A DNA stretch of 64,000 bases, taken from assembly GCA_951406725.2 (NCBI GenBank), contig OX597830.1, positions 61,132,001-61,196,000 on the forward strand. Direction: 5' to 3'. The notes beneath the pieces are model-generated. The model had not been told where the DNA came from, did not search any database, and was given only the letters and a program-made list of their open reading frames with translations. A program made the position numbers and the translations under genes. Origin of the DNA: Octopus vulgaris. Lineage: Eukaryota. Of the stretch, positions 1-11,740 are shown one piece after another. Position 1 is the stretch's first letter. Each line of letters starts with the position of its first letter.

Positions 1-54
1 GTTGTGCGAGTTTCGACTTAACTCGGGGTAGTTATAATAGGGAGGTTCTCAATG

Positions 55-98
<44 letters not shown>

Positions 99-142
99 AC
101 AGAGTAACCTCATTTTATATATACATATATATATATATATAT

Positions 143-194
143 ACTAGGAGAGAAAAAAATGTGTGTAGTGGCTAACGATCTATCATGGCGACTC

Positions 195-258
<64 letters not shown>

Positions 259-450
259 TCGCCATGATAGATCGTTAGCCACTACACACATTTTTTTCTC
301 TCCTAGTTTTTCTGTATCCCTTTCTGTAGAAGAGCGTAGGCTCGAAACGTAAAAGACTTTTTCTATTCCTGTGCACTATACTAATACATCTATTTGTTCT
401 GTACACCACCTGTCTTCGTCTTTTGTTTTTTTCGTAAACTCTCCCTATAT
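143..450 (+). mobile_element. Penelope-like/retrozyme-like terminal remnant: palindrome (143-307) followed by a hammerhead-like motif (320-355)
   Basis: Perfect ~54 bp inverted arms surround a (TA)n spacer. They are followed by cttt-CTGTAGA-agagcgtaggctc-GAAAC-GTA-aaag. The element is embedded in (TA)n. Confidence 0.65.
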
Positions 451-784
451 ATATATGATCATATGATGGGAGAAAAAGAACGGATTAGACAACAGCGTTA
501 TGAAGACACTAGGCTTATTTTATTCAACGATTCCTTACAAAATGGCCAATGAGCCTCAACTTTAGTTTCTTCATGGGATCTTGAAGTTGAGATTCAGATT
601 TAAGTTTTGAAGAGAGGAAGGCAAATAATTAGAAAAAATATCCAAAATGTGTGAATTCTGGGTGGGAAAGATAAGTAAATAGGTTGAGAAATAGTCGCAA
701 ATTATGAAAGACCAACACCTCCAAAGTGAGACAACGAAATACAAATATTCAATTGTTATGATATACAGTTCCTATATCTTTTAC

Positions 785-1166
785 CTTTTATTTGTTTCAG
801 TCATTAGACTGCGGGCATGCTGGGGTACCACCTTGAAGAACTTTTAGTCAAATGAATCGATCTTTTTAAAAGCCTGGTACTTATTCTATTGTTCTCTTTT
901 TTGCCGAACCGTTAAGTTACGGGGACGCAAACAAACCACCACCGGTTGTCAAGCAGTGACGGGAGACAAACATAGGCACAAAGACACACACACAAACACA
1001 CACACATTTACGATGGGCTTAGCTCCGTTAACCAAATCCACACAGAAGTGTTGGGTCGGCACAAGGCTATAGTAGAAGACATTTGTCCAGGGTGCCTCGC
1101 AGTGGGACGGAACCTGGAACCATGTGGTTGGGAAGCAAACTTCTTACCACAAAGCCACGCCTGCTT
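785..1166 (-). mobile_element. SINE family B (tRNA-head, CORE-like), full length
   Basis: Reverse complement of the family pattern ...gtggtaagaagtttgcttcccaaccacatggttcc...gacaaatgtcttctactatagcc...(microsatellite)...ccagcatg..cgcagtc..atgactgaaacaa, seen in many copies in this window. Confidence 0.85.
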
Positions 1167-1307
1167 CTATGAAAAACAAACAAAAGCATATTGAAGTGTC
1201 TGTATTAAACACAGACAGAAACTTAAAGATAAAGTCATAGTGATGTGAAAGAAATATTCAGTATAAAAATGGAAACAAAGCAAACACACATTTATACGTG
1301 TACATAT

Positions 1308-1371
<64 letters not shown>

Positions 1372-1768
1372 GTGCACATTTATACATACATGTCTCATAT
1401 ACATACGCAACGCCTCATAAGTTACGCGCGCATCGATGTATACCGATATTAGTCGGACATAAAATTCAAATGCGCACTTATAATCACTTATCGAAAATAT
1501 ATCGGAAGACTATAAGACGGCATCATACGAACACGGATACACAGACGCATAAAATGTGAAGTTACGGGTCTGATAATCAGAGACGTGCTACTTGTAATCG
1601 TGTAAGCCAGTACAATCTGTCTAGAGTCGGGCTGTTGACGATTAAACCGGCAATCCAGCCAAGCTTGCTTGGTGGCGAGGATGAATTTTGGACGCCCTGC
1701 GGGGTGAAAAATAAAACCTGTCAAAGGGCGTATGAACTCAAGAGTGTCGAAAGCCACCCAAAACAGTG

Positions 1769-1875
<107 letters not shown>

Positions 1876-2117
1876 TATATTATAGATATATGTATATATA
1901 TTATAATAAATATATATGATGGCATGTATACGTGTGTACGTGAGGGTATGTGCGTGCGTACATATTGATATATGTATTTATATAAAATACATGTGTATGT
2001 ATATTATATATTTGCATGTGTTTGTATATACATATATATATATGTTTGTGTGTGTGTGTGTGTATGTGTGTGTGTATAAGTGTGTGCGCTCGCGTGTACA
2101 TACCTGCATACACACAC

Positions 2118-2149
<32 letters not shown>

Positions 2150-2389
2150 TTGAAAGCTGTGCTGTCGGTAGTTTCTGCTAATCTTGCCTTTATTTGTTAG
2201 CAGTTTAACGGCTTCAAATATTTCGAGAGTGGCTCTCGTGACGCACAGGCGTTTGTCACTATAAAATTGATGAGTAGGAACCTTTTGCTCCACCATTTTT
2301 TTTCTTTCGTTTCATCCCTAGGCACAAGGCCCGAAATTTTTGGGGAAGGGGCCAGTCGATTAGATCGACCCCAGAACGTAACTGGTACT

Positions 2390-2819
2390 GGATCTGTTCG
2401 GTTTGAACGGCAGTTTTTAACATAATTTCTATATACTAAAAATTTTTTAACTTCGTATACTGGTAGAATGTGTTTATAAAACATCTTTTTCTCTTGGCAT
2501 TATTGAGAAAATTGTATAGTTTTTAAGTTATTTGTTGTTTTTTTCTTTAATTTCTGCAATTTCAACCAATCACTGGCGTCTATTGAGGTAAAAAACATTC
2601 CGTGCTGTATGAATATGTCCCTCGTTTAAGAAACTGATTGGGTTTATTTACATTTGTGAAGAAAAAAGATACCCTTCTCCCCACCCCTAACCCTAAACCT
2701 AACCCTAACTAACCCTAAAACAGATTGAAATGCGATCAATCGATACTAGGGTCATAATTATGGGTGACAATTTCATATGACACCGCTCGAAAAAACTGCC
2801 GTTCAAACCGAAAAGATCC
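2390..2819. mobile_element. MITE (430 bp) with ~29 bp TIRs and an 8 bp TSD; possibly Merlin- or hAT-type; inserted in a family A SINE
   Basis: TIRs are GGATCTGTTCGGTTTGAACGGCAGTTTTT / AAAAACTGCCGTTCAAACCGAAAAGATCC. TSD CTGGTACT lies at 2382-2389 and 2820-2827. The SINE sequence resumes in register on both sides. Confidence 0.9.
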
Positions 2820-2957
2820 CTGGTACTTAATTTATCGACCTCGAAAGGATGAAAGGCAAAGTCAACCTGGACATAATTTGAATTCAGAGCGTAAAACAAT
2901 GCAATAATAATAATTATTGGTCAGACCTTGTATATATATGTATATATGTGTAGATAT

Positions 2958-3024
<67 letters not shown>

Positions 3025-3551
3025 AAGACTGTATGATTTGATTTGCCGTAAAGAAGTTTATTTGCCTTGTGTTCCTTTGATTTATGTCTAATGCTGCTGT
3101 GGTCATCGTTGTTTGGTTGTAGTTCTTCTCGGGGATCAAACAGTCCTATAATCGGTGAGTGTGAATAGAAAGGCGCTGTCTTCGAATGAAGTTACTGAAA
3201 GGTGAGTGAGAGTGGCCAAAATGATATGATTGCACGGATGGGACGCTTTAAAGCTAAGCCTGTAAGTCGGGGAAAGACAATTGATGAAGGCATTCGCTTT
3301 TGGCGATCAGAGAGATCTTGGATGGTGGGTTTGTTCGTTTTGCTGTAGGGGCTCTTCCTGCATCGTCATCGTCGTCATGATGATGATGACGATGATGACC
3401 GCTATCATTCCTTCTAATGATGTATACTATATAAATATGTATTTCATAATTTAAAAACCATTCCACTCTGTTGAACCTCCTGCACTTGATGTCGGTCGTT
3501 GCAAAAACCCCACGATACCCCCTTCCTGACAAATAAGTCAAATCATCATCA

Positions 3552-3600
<49 letters not shown>

Positions 3601-3790
3601 CTATTGCCTTTGCACAGCTTCTAACGCTGGAGATGTACTACAGTGTCAGCTGTTCACTATTGGTGAAGTAAGGTAACACCTCTTATTTTTCGAGCACCTT
3701 CCGGAGTATTCGGGCGGTTCCAAGCAGTGCTGTTTTCTGCAAGTGCTCCACCCTTATTGCAGCCCCTATTTGTTCCACGTACTTCTCGAG
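3601..3790 (-). mobile_element. R4/Dong-clade non-LTR retrotransposon 3' end with (TAA)n tail
   Basis: Minus translation is EKYVEQIGAAIRVEHLQKTALLGTARILRKVLEK*, the typical R4/Dong C-terminus. It abuts a (TTA)n run at 3555-3600. Confidence 0.8.
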
Positions 3791-4243
3791 ACAAAAAAAA
3801 AAAGAAGCAAAAAACTACTGCTTCTCCATATTATTATTATTATTATTATTACAATTATTTGCTACTTACATATTTCAGACTTGCTAATATCTTTCGCGCG
3901 ACAAATCTCGATGTTTTAAAAGTGTAAAGGAAGTAATTTTCAGTTTGGATTTTATTTCAAACAGGGACCTTTATTTAACATTTTGGAATATATACAACTG
4001 GCTGGGGTCAGACCACAAGGTCGCTTTTTAAAATATTTCCATTTTATTTCATCGTCTAACGCTAAGATAAACGGTTTCTCCTTCGTCAGGATACGCCCCT
4101 AAGACATATTACATTGAACAAAACAAAAGAATTGTCAAACAAAAAAATATATTTAAAAAAATACTAATGGAGATATAAAGAGACAAATGGCAGAAAATGA
4201 ATAAAATAATAGATTTCCAACAGAAAAATAAACTTATCATGCC

Positions 4244-4475
<232 letters not shown>

Positions 4476-5977
4476 CACATTATACAAGCACACACTACAC
4501 TATACAATATTGGTTTTTAATTTTGGCACAAGGCCAGCAATTTCGGAAGAGTGGATAAGCCATTTAAATCGACCCTATTACTCAACTGGTACTTATTTTA
4601 TTGACTCTGAAATGATGAAAGGCAAAGTCGGCCCCGGCAGCATTTGAACCCAGAATGTAAAGACGGACGAAATGTTGCTAAGCTCCTTACCCGGTTTGCT
4701 CACGATTCTGCCAGTTCGCTGCCATCACATCAAGCGAAAATATCAAGAAGTGGTCTTTCGCAAAAGCACCTTTGTGTGGAATGTTTTGCTGAAAGAACTA
4801 AAGCTTGGCAGTATTTTGTTCATAAGATGAAAACCAAACCACCATAACCTGTCATAGATACGTGTGAGAGGAAGTGGGTAATATACGTGTGCTTTGTCAA
4901 GGCCACAGGTACTTCTCTTGTACCATCCACGCAAGAGGCGGCTACAGTCCTGTCAGATACGTTAAGTGAAATCTCCTTTATTGGGAGAGAGCCGGCTTAT
5001 GGTCCTATATACAACATATTTAAAGCAGAAAACGGGACTAAAGCGTACAAACAATTGTATGTGACAATCTGTTCCATAAGTTGGTCCTGCTGCTTTAGAA
5101 GAAGGAACACTAGCATTACTGTCATGGCCACAGTATGGATTGGCATTTTGCTATTGGGTTATCAGCCACGCACCCCCTGCTTGCATTCTTCCTTGATGGC
5201 TTTAAAGCTAATTCACAATTTACCAAATACCGGGTTCCCAGTCTTTTATTAATTGAATGATCAGCTTTAGTTTGTTACAGTATAGTTTATAGTGCAAGAT
5301 CATCCAGTTCTATCGACTTGCCCCTCGCTCAATTTGACATAACGTCTGTTATTAAAAGAAGCTGAAACCCAATTTCTACACTATTTCGTCTGTTCTACCA
5401 AGATTTATTTTTAACCATCGAAGTAGGCATCGAAACCCACCGTATGCAAAGTCGGCCTCGGCAGCATTTGAACCCAGAATGTAAAGACGGATGAAATGTT
5501 GCTAAGCTCCTTACCCGGTTTGCACACGATTCTGCCAGTTCGTTGCCATCACATCAAACGAAAATATTAAGAAGTGGTCTTTCGCGAAAGCACTTTTTCC
5601 GAATGGTTTCTCAAACTGCTGCTGACCATGTGACGGTTTCCGGTACAGTAAAGGCTTTAGTTCTTCAAGGCACACTCCTTATCTCATTCCCAGACTTTGC
5701 TTCTTTAGTTTATGGCGTCGAAGAAATTTTCAAGTGCTATTCTTGCATCACGACCTCGGCTACGGACTTCTTTCTAGAAATCTCTACTAAATTAACCGAT
5801 AATTCCTAATCCAGTATGGCATTGCTTAGTATTGTTTCTTTACTATATGAGCGAAATGTTCTACAATATCCCATAAACACAGTCACAGGACGCACCAGTG
5901 AAACATTTTTGTACTTTCGAGTCATTAGTAACATATAACTAAAACATCCAGAATGGTTGTAAATGATAAATCTCGTA

Positions 5978-6201
<224 letters not shown>

Positions 6202-6989
6202 GAATCAGACTTAATCCGTTTGTCTGTCCTTGTTTGTCCCCTCTGTGTTTAGCCCCTTGTGGGTAGTAAAGAAATAAGAATAACGAGATGAAACGACGTA
6301 TATGACAAATGCAGAAAGTCTTCATCAGAAATTCAACATTCGGGCTAATTTTTACCTGTCAGTACATATTCTTGTTGCCGTGGTGTGTTTTCTTCTATCG
6401 TGCCAGGTTGAATATGTAGCTGTGAAAACAGCTAAGTATAGAGAGTGAATGCTACCAAGAACCAGACCACTTTGAGGTTTCTGCGCTCAAATGAGCTGTA
6501 TTTGTAGGTCCTGTTCACAGAAAGTTCTATTTATGTCACCAGACTATCACATGGGCGATAGCTGTTGATTGCACCGAAAGTGGGTTTGCGCACATGATAA
6601 ACTTGTGATTTCTATATGGCAAAACGTGGAGTGAAATCTAACTGTTACACCCTCAGCATTACTACTAAGGGTCTTCCATTAATAACAGAAAAAGGAAAAA
6701 ACTGAAGTATTTTCTAATCAAGTGACTCTCACCACAGAGTTCACAAGTCTAGAACGAGACACATAACATAGAACACTTAGTATCCGACTATTTGACCAAG
6801 ACTCGCTCACCAACGTGTGACTCACAGAGAAAACTAATCACTCACATAGTTTATTTTGTGGTTATCATAGTGGTCTCTACTCCTCGAAAATAACAAGTTG
6901 GGTACTATTTTTACCCATGTTCCTCATTACTATGTTCCGTGCCTCACTATGCCAGCTATTCCCTGGTGTAAAACGACAACTTACTGGAA

Positions 6990-7234
6990 TTTAAGTTGTT
7001 AAGTTAAGTCAATTTTTTGGCTCAAAAAGCAAAAAGCAAGGCCATGTAGGGGGACATGGAGTTATGTACAGGGAGGGTGTTCATGCAAAGAGTTCAGGCT
7101 ATTTCTGGTCAAGAGAGACTTTGAACCAAGCGGTCGTCGGTATTTTCACTATCTCGTCCGGCAGCTTATTCCACGGATCCGCAACCCGGACGGAGAAAGC
7201 CCCTCTCCTTCGATTGAGATGAAATCGTCGCAGA
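6990..7234 (-). mobile_element. CR1-clade LINE 3' end (short, 5'-truncated)
   Basis: RRFHLNRRRGAFSVRVADPWNKLP...SLDQK*, then a 3'UTR and a (TTAAC)n-type tail. Near-identical to 22950-23170. Confidence 0.85.
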
Positions 7235-7859
7235 ATTTGTTTGCCCGTCCGTGTTTTTCCAGCAGCTGTCAACTCACAGATATTCAAACTAAGCATCAAC
7301 CACATTATCTCTCCAGTCACGGCAGACTTATGAATGTCATGGACACTGATTTCTCCGGCCCATTAAACCATAATCAAAATACAATTAGTTAACCGAATCA
7401 TTTCCTAATCACCCCGTTTAACTCTTCCTGTGATACTTCAGATATCGAAAAACATGGTAAATAATAAAATCCATGTTTTTATTTCATAAATGTGTAGTAA
7501 TGTCACTCTCTAATTAAATCATCAATCATATGAATTTCGTGGGGGTTCTCAACGAACATTTTTAGGAACTTTTTTTTATGAAATAATCTAATTACGCGGT
7601 CAGTGAACGATGGCTAAGGTCGTACAAAGGTTCGGAGTTGTCTCCCTTACATGCCTGCCGCACTATTTCCGCTAAACTAACCTTAATATTTTCATAACCA
7701 TCTCGTTTCATCCGGTTGTTTCTTAAGTTGAAATCATTGGAAACAATAAAATCTTTCTATGTTTATTATATATAAAATAATTGATTTTCTGAAATAAAAA
7801 TATATGTCACCAATAATAGACAAACAAGAATTTGTACTTTACATGATATTTTTCAGAGA

Positions 7860-8260
7860 ATGACAGCCTTGAAGTCATGGACTTCAAACACCAGAAAGTG
7901 TACTAGCAAAAGATGGTGTAAAAATGTCTGCGGAAAGGTGTCAGGGAAGGACAAAGGGATCATACTCTGGAATATCTCAATATGCAAAGGCAGTCCGATC
8001 AAGGTTCATAAACGATCAAGAAAGGATGTGTCTTCTGATCGAAGTGTCAGTCCCAACAAATGATAATGTATCTCGAAAAGAAATAGAGGAGATATGGAAT
8101 TAGTGACAACCAGAATGTGGAGATGAAAAATAGAAACAGTCCCGCTTGCAACAGGTAGCTTTAGAACTATCTAAAAAGAATGTCGAAAACTATACAACCG
8201 AAACCTCACACAAACAAATATTCAAAAACCTACAGAATACAATACTTGAAGACACTGGAT
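7860..8260 (+). mobile_element. Degraded R4/Dong-like LINE fragment (C-terminal restriction-like endonuclease region)
   Basis: Decayed matches to the KW..H.P...ILW...I...I and IEVSVP motifs, with frameshifts and stops. Confidence 0.45.
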
Positions 8261-8484
8261 ACTTATTAAATTGAATTATGTTAATATAATAGAAGATACA
8301 AAACAGAGCACACTACTTCTCAGCTCACAGAACTGCGCTCGGATGTGCAGTACAAAAGCAATGATAATAATCCTTTCCACTATAGGAACAACGCCTGAAA
8401 TTTGGGGGAGGGGGACTAGTCGATTACATCAATCCCAGTTTTTCATTGGTACTTAATTTATCGACCCCGAAAGGATGAAAGGAT

Positions 8485-9993
8485 GTTGTGTCTCCCATAA
8501 GCGCAACTTCACTGCATCATGCATATCAGTGATCAAGTGGTCCCTGTCCCTGGAACTGCAGGTTCAAGACGCTGAGATGAGTAGTTATGTCAAACAGAAA
8601 TGCCGACCCACATTTCCACTTTTCATCTCGCAAAACCGTGGAGTCTTTTCCTTTGTGTTCCATGAACTGACAGATTTCTTCGATCAGCAGGAAAACTCTA
8701 CTGAGAACTTTTCCCTGATGGTTTGTGTTACAGTGCTCATTACATGTTCCATGTTGAGGACTTTCCCAGAGAGCGATCCTTGGTGTGTGATGCAATGACA
8801 TGCTATCAACTCAGCAGAACAGTCCTGCATCTTAACCACATCCTTCCTACTAGTCCACTTTTTTTTGTCGCACATCACCGGTGCTCCATCTATTGTAAGT
8901 TCAACAAATTTGCCCCAAGGCAGGTTCATGTCAGTTACAATTCGACATACGTTGTCAAAATATGCTTCCCGTCGTTGTCCCATGCATGGATTTCATGTCC
9001 AAAATTTCTTCTGTAACATTTGAACTGGAGTCCACTCCACGGATGAAGATGGTGAGCTGAGAACTGTCAGTCGTATCATTACTTTCAACAACAGCAAGAG
9101 AGAATGCAACAAAGTCTTTACCTTTTTCGATCAGCTGTATTTTCACATCAGTGGCTATCTCACAAACTGGATCAGCAATTGTATTTATGCTAAGGTTTAC
9201 ATTTGCAAGTATCTGCTTTTCGTTTGGACACAAGACGTCACACGATTTCATCATGCGATTCTTCAGAAACTCTCCCTCAGTAAATGATCGAACTGATTTG
9301 GCGATCTCCTCTGCTACAATAAAACATGCATTCACAGCAGCTTCGCTTTGTGATTTTGCTTTGGTGAAAAACGTCTGCTGTGATATTAGATTCCTCTTCA
9401 ATTCTTTTACCTTCTGTAGTTTGTGTTCTGCATTCAAGTTTTTTCTTATTTGTCTTGATGATTAATTTCGTAGTTCCGTCTTAGATTATATTCCTTGATC
9501 AGAGCCACATTATCTCCACAAATTAGACACACAGGTTTACCGCCAATATCTCAGCGACTTTGAAAGGCTGTTTTCAGAATCAATTTTTCTCTTGGCCATT
9601 TTAACGGCTAGCTTTGAATTAAAATTAAGACTCTGCATCTACCTATAGACGCTTGATTGATATGGCATAAGTAGGAAGGTCTGATGCAATATCCGGGCGC
9701 TACACTACTTTCATCTCTTATGTGCCAATCCAAAACGAGCAACAGGACGTTACTAGATTACTGTAAAGACGAACATCCAAGCACAACGCAACGTTCATTT
9801 TAACTAGTTCTGATTGACGTGGGAATACTCTCAGGCAGCCTTTCGTCCGGCAAGGCTGCTAAATTGGTGAATTTGTGGTTTGCACTTCATATCGCCGGGC
9901 CATTAAAGAATATTTGCCTACAACTCTCTCGCGGGCTGGATATAATTATTCATAAGGCTGGATTTGACCAGCGGACTTTGAGTTTGACACCTG
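8485..9993 (-). mobile_element. hAT DNA transposon remnant (Buster/Charlie/SPIN-like, GTF2IRD2-type transposase), truncated
   Basis: ORFs 8955-9437 (QQTFFTKAKSQSEAAV...FTEGEFLK...FSLAVVESNDTTDSSQLTIFIRGVD...MHGTTTG) and 8684-8983 (LTIDGAPVM...HCITHQ) are frameshifted. A TIR-like CAGGTGTCAAAC lies at the 9993 end. Confidence 0.88.
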
Positions 9994-10061
9994 TAGACCA
10001 AGAGTAAGTACCCTGTTCAATAATCCTTCTCCGACTTACTGGTATATATTCAGAGTGTTAT

Positions 10062-10297
10062 AAGGCGGCGAGCTGGCAGAAACGTTAACACGCCGGACGA
10101 AATGCTTAGCAGGATTTCGTCTGCCGTTACGTTCTGAGTTCAAATTCCGCCAAGGTCGTCTTTGCCTTTCATCCTTTCGGGGTCGATTAAATAAGTACCA
10201 GTTACGCACTGGGGTCAATATAATCGACTTAATCTGTTTGTCTGTCCTTGTTTCTCCTCTCTGTGTTTAGCCCCTTGTGGGTAGTAAAGAAATAGGT
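10062..10297 (+). mobile_element. SINE family A (tRNA-derived head, Meta-like central domain), full length
   Basis: aaggcggcgagctggcagaaacgttaacacgccgg...gagttcaaattcc (B box)...gcctttcatcctttcggggtcgattaaataagtaccag...gtaaagaaatagg. It is flanked by the direct repeat ggtatatattcagagtgtt. Confidence 0.9.
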
Positions 10298-11117
10298 ATA
10301 TATTCAGAGTGTTCCCACCCATTCTTGGTATTTCGCATTTCAGTTAGTTCGCTTGAGGCTAGCACTTCTTTCCCACCAAAGAGGAATCTTTTTAAATAAA
10401 ACTTGACCAAGTCCGCGAGGGCCTGACCAAAGAGGAATCTTTCAACCTCCTCCAGCACGCAACCTCTTTCTCCATTATCGCCAGACAGAGGAAAACTGCC
10501 ATAAGCAGTTAGGTGGGCTGCAACATGAGAATAAAGCAGTGAAAAATCTTTCTTTATAATTTTAGCACAGATTCAGCAATTTTAGGGGGAAGGGCAAGTC
10601 GATAACATTGACCCTTTATGTTTGATTGGTATTTCATTCTATCGGCCCCGAAAGGATGGAAAACAAAACTGACCTCACTGGGATTTGAACTAAGAACGTA
10701 AAGAGCAGAAAGAAATGCCACTAAGCTAAGGATTCTGCCAGCTCACCACATTTGCCAATAATAATGATGCATTCTAACAAATACTTAGCTATGAATGTTC
10801 AAGGATCAATCCCAGTATTTGACTGTTGTTTATTTTAACGACCTCGAATGAATAAAAGGAAAAGTCGATCTCTAGCGACTCAGATGGGTATGTTGTCAAA
10901 GAGAGTACAGATTATTTCATGACGACACCATGAATGCAAAAAAACAAGTGGAAGAACAAAAACTCATGAAATCTTTCAAGGAAAGAAAAACATTTTAATT
11001 TAGAATTAGTTATGAAAATACCTTTGACAGCATACCGGTTATTGTGGACATAATAGATAATCAAAGATACAAGATTTAGTAAATTTAATAAGACAATGTT
11101 AACGCCACCCAAAACAG

Positions 11118-11600
11118 TGAGCTGGCCGAAACGTTAGCATGCCGGGCGAAATGCCGAGCGATATTTCGTCTGCCGCTACGTTCTGAGTTCAAATTCCGCT
11201 GAGGTCGACTTTGCCTTTCATCCTTTCGGGGTCGATAGATTAAGTACCAGTTACGCATTGGGGTCGATATAATCGACTTAATCCGTTTGTCTGTCCTTGT
11301 TTGTCCTCTCTGTGTTTAGCCCCTTGTGGGTAGTAAAGAAATAGGTATTTCGTCTGCCGCTACGTTCTGAGTTAAAATTCCGCCGAGGTCGACTTTGCTT
11401 TCATCCTCTCGGGGTCGATTAAATAAGTACCAGTTACGCACTGGGGTCGATATCATCGACTTAATCCGTTTGTCTGTCCTTGTTTGTCCCCTCTATGCTG
11501 AGCCTCCTATGGGCAATAAAGAAATAAGTCGTTAGCACGCCGGGCATTTCGTCAGTCTTCATGTTCTGAGTTCAAATCCCGTCGAGGTCGTCTTTGCCTA
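11118..11600 (+). mobile_element. Tandem cluster of family A SINE copies (one full, two partial)
   Basis: Three successive repeats of the ...ttctgagttcaaattcc...gtcgac... unit. Confidence 0.88.
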
Positions 11601-11601
11601 T

Positions 11602-11740
11602 CTTACAAACTATACAATTTTCTCAATAAAGCCAAGAGAAAAAGATGTTTTATAAACACATTCTACCTGTATACGAAGTTTAAAATTCTTTAGTTACCTA
11701 GAAATTATGTTAAAAACTGCCGTTCAAACCGAAAAGATCC
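11602..11740 (-). mobile_element. Truncated copy of the 2390-2819 MITE
   Basis: Reverse complement of 2390-2525, ending in the TIR aaaaactgccgttcaaaccgaaaagatcc. Confidence 0.88.

Noticed and set aside
2685-2718. Telomeric repeat suggesting a chromosome end or fusion
   Set aside because: It is short, degenerate and internal to a MITE.
10062-10150. tRNA-like A/B boxes
   Set aside because: These are SINE heads with no complete cloverleaf, so not tRNA genes.
11118-11600. Regularly repeated units resembling a CRISPR or satellite array
   Set aside because: They are tandem SINE copies in eukaryotic DNA, with no repeat-spacer structure or cas genes.
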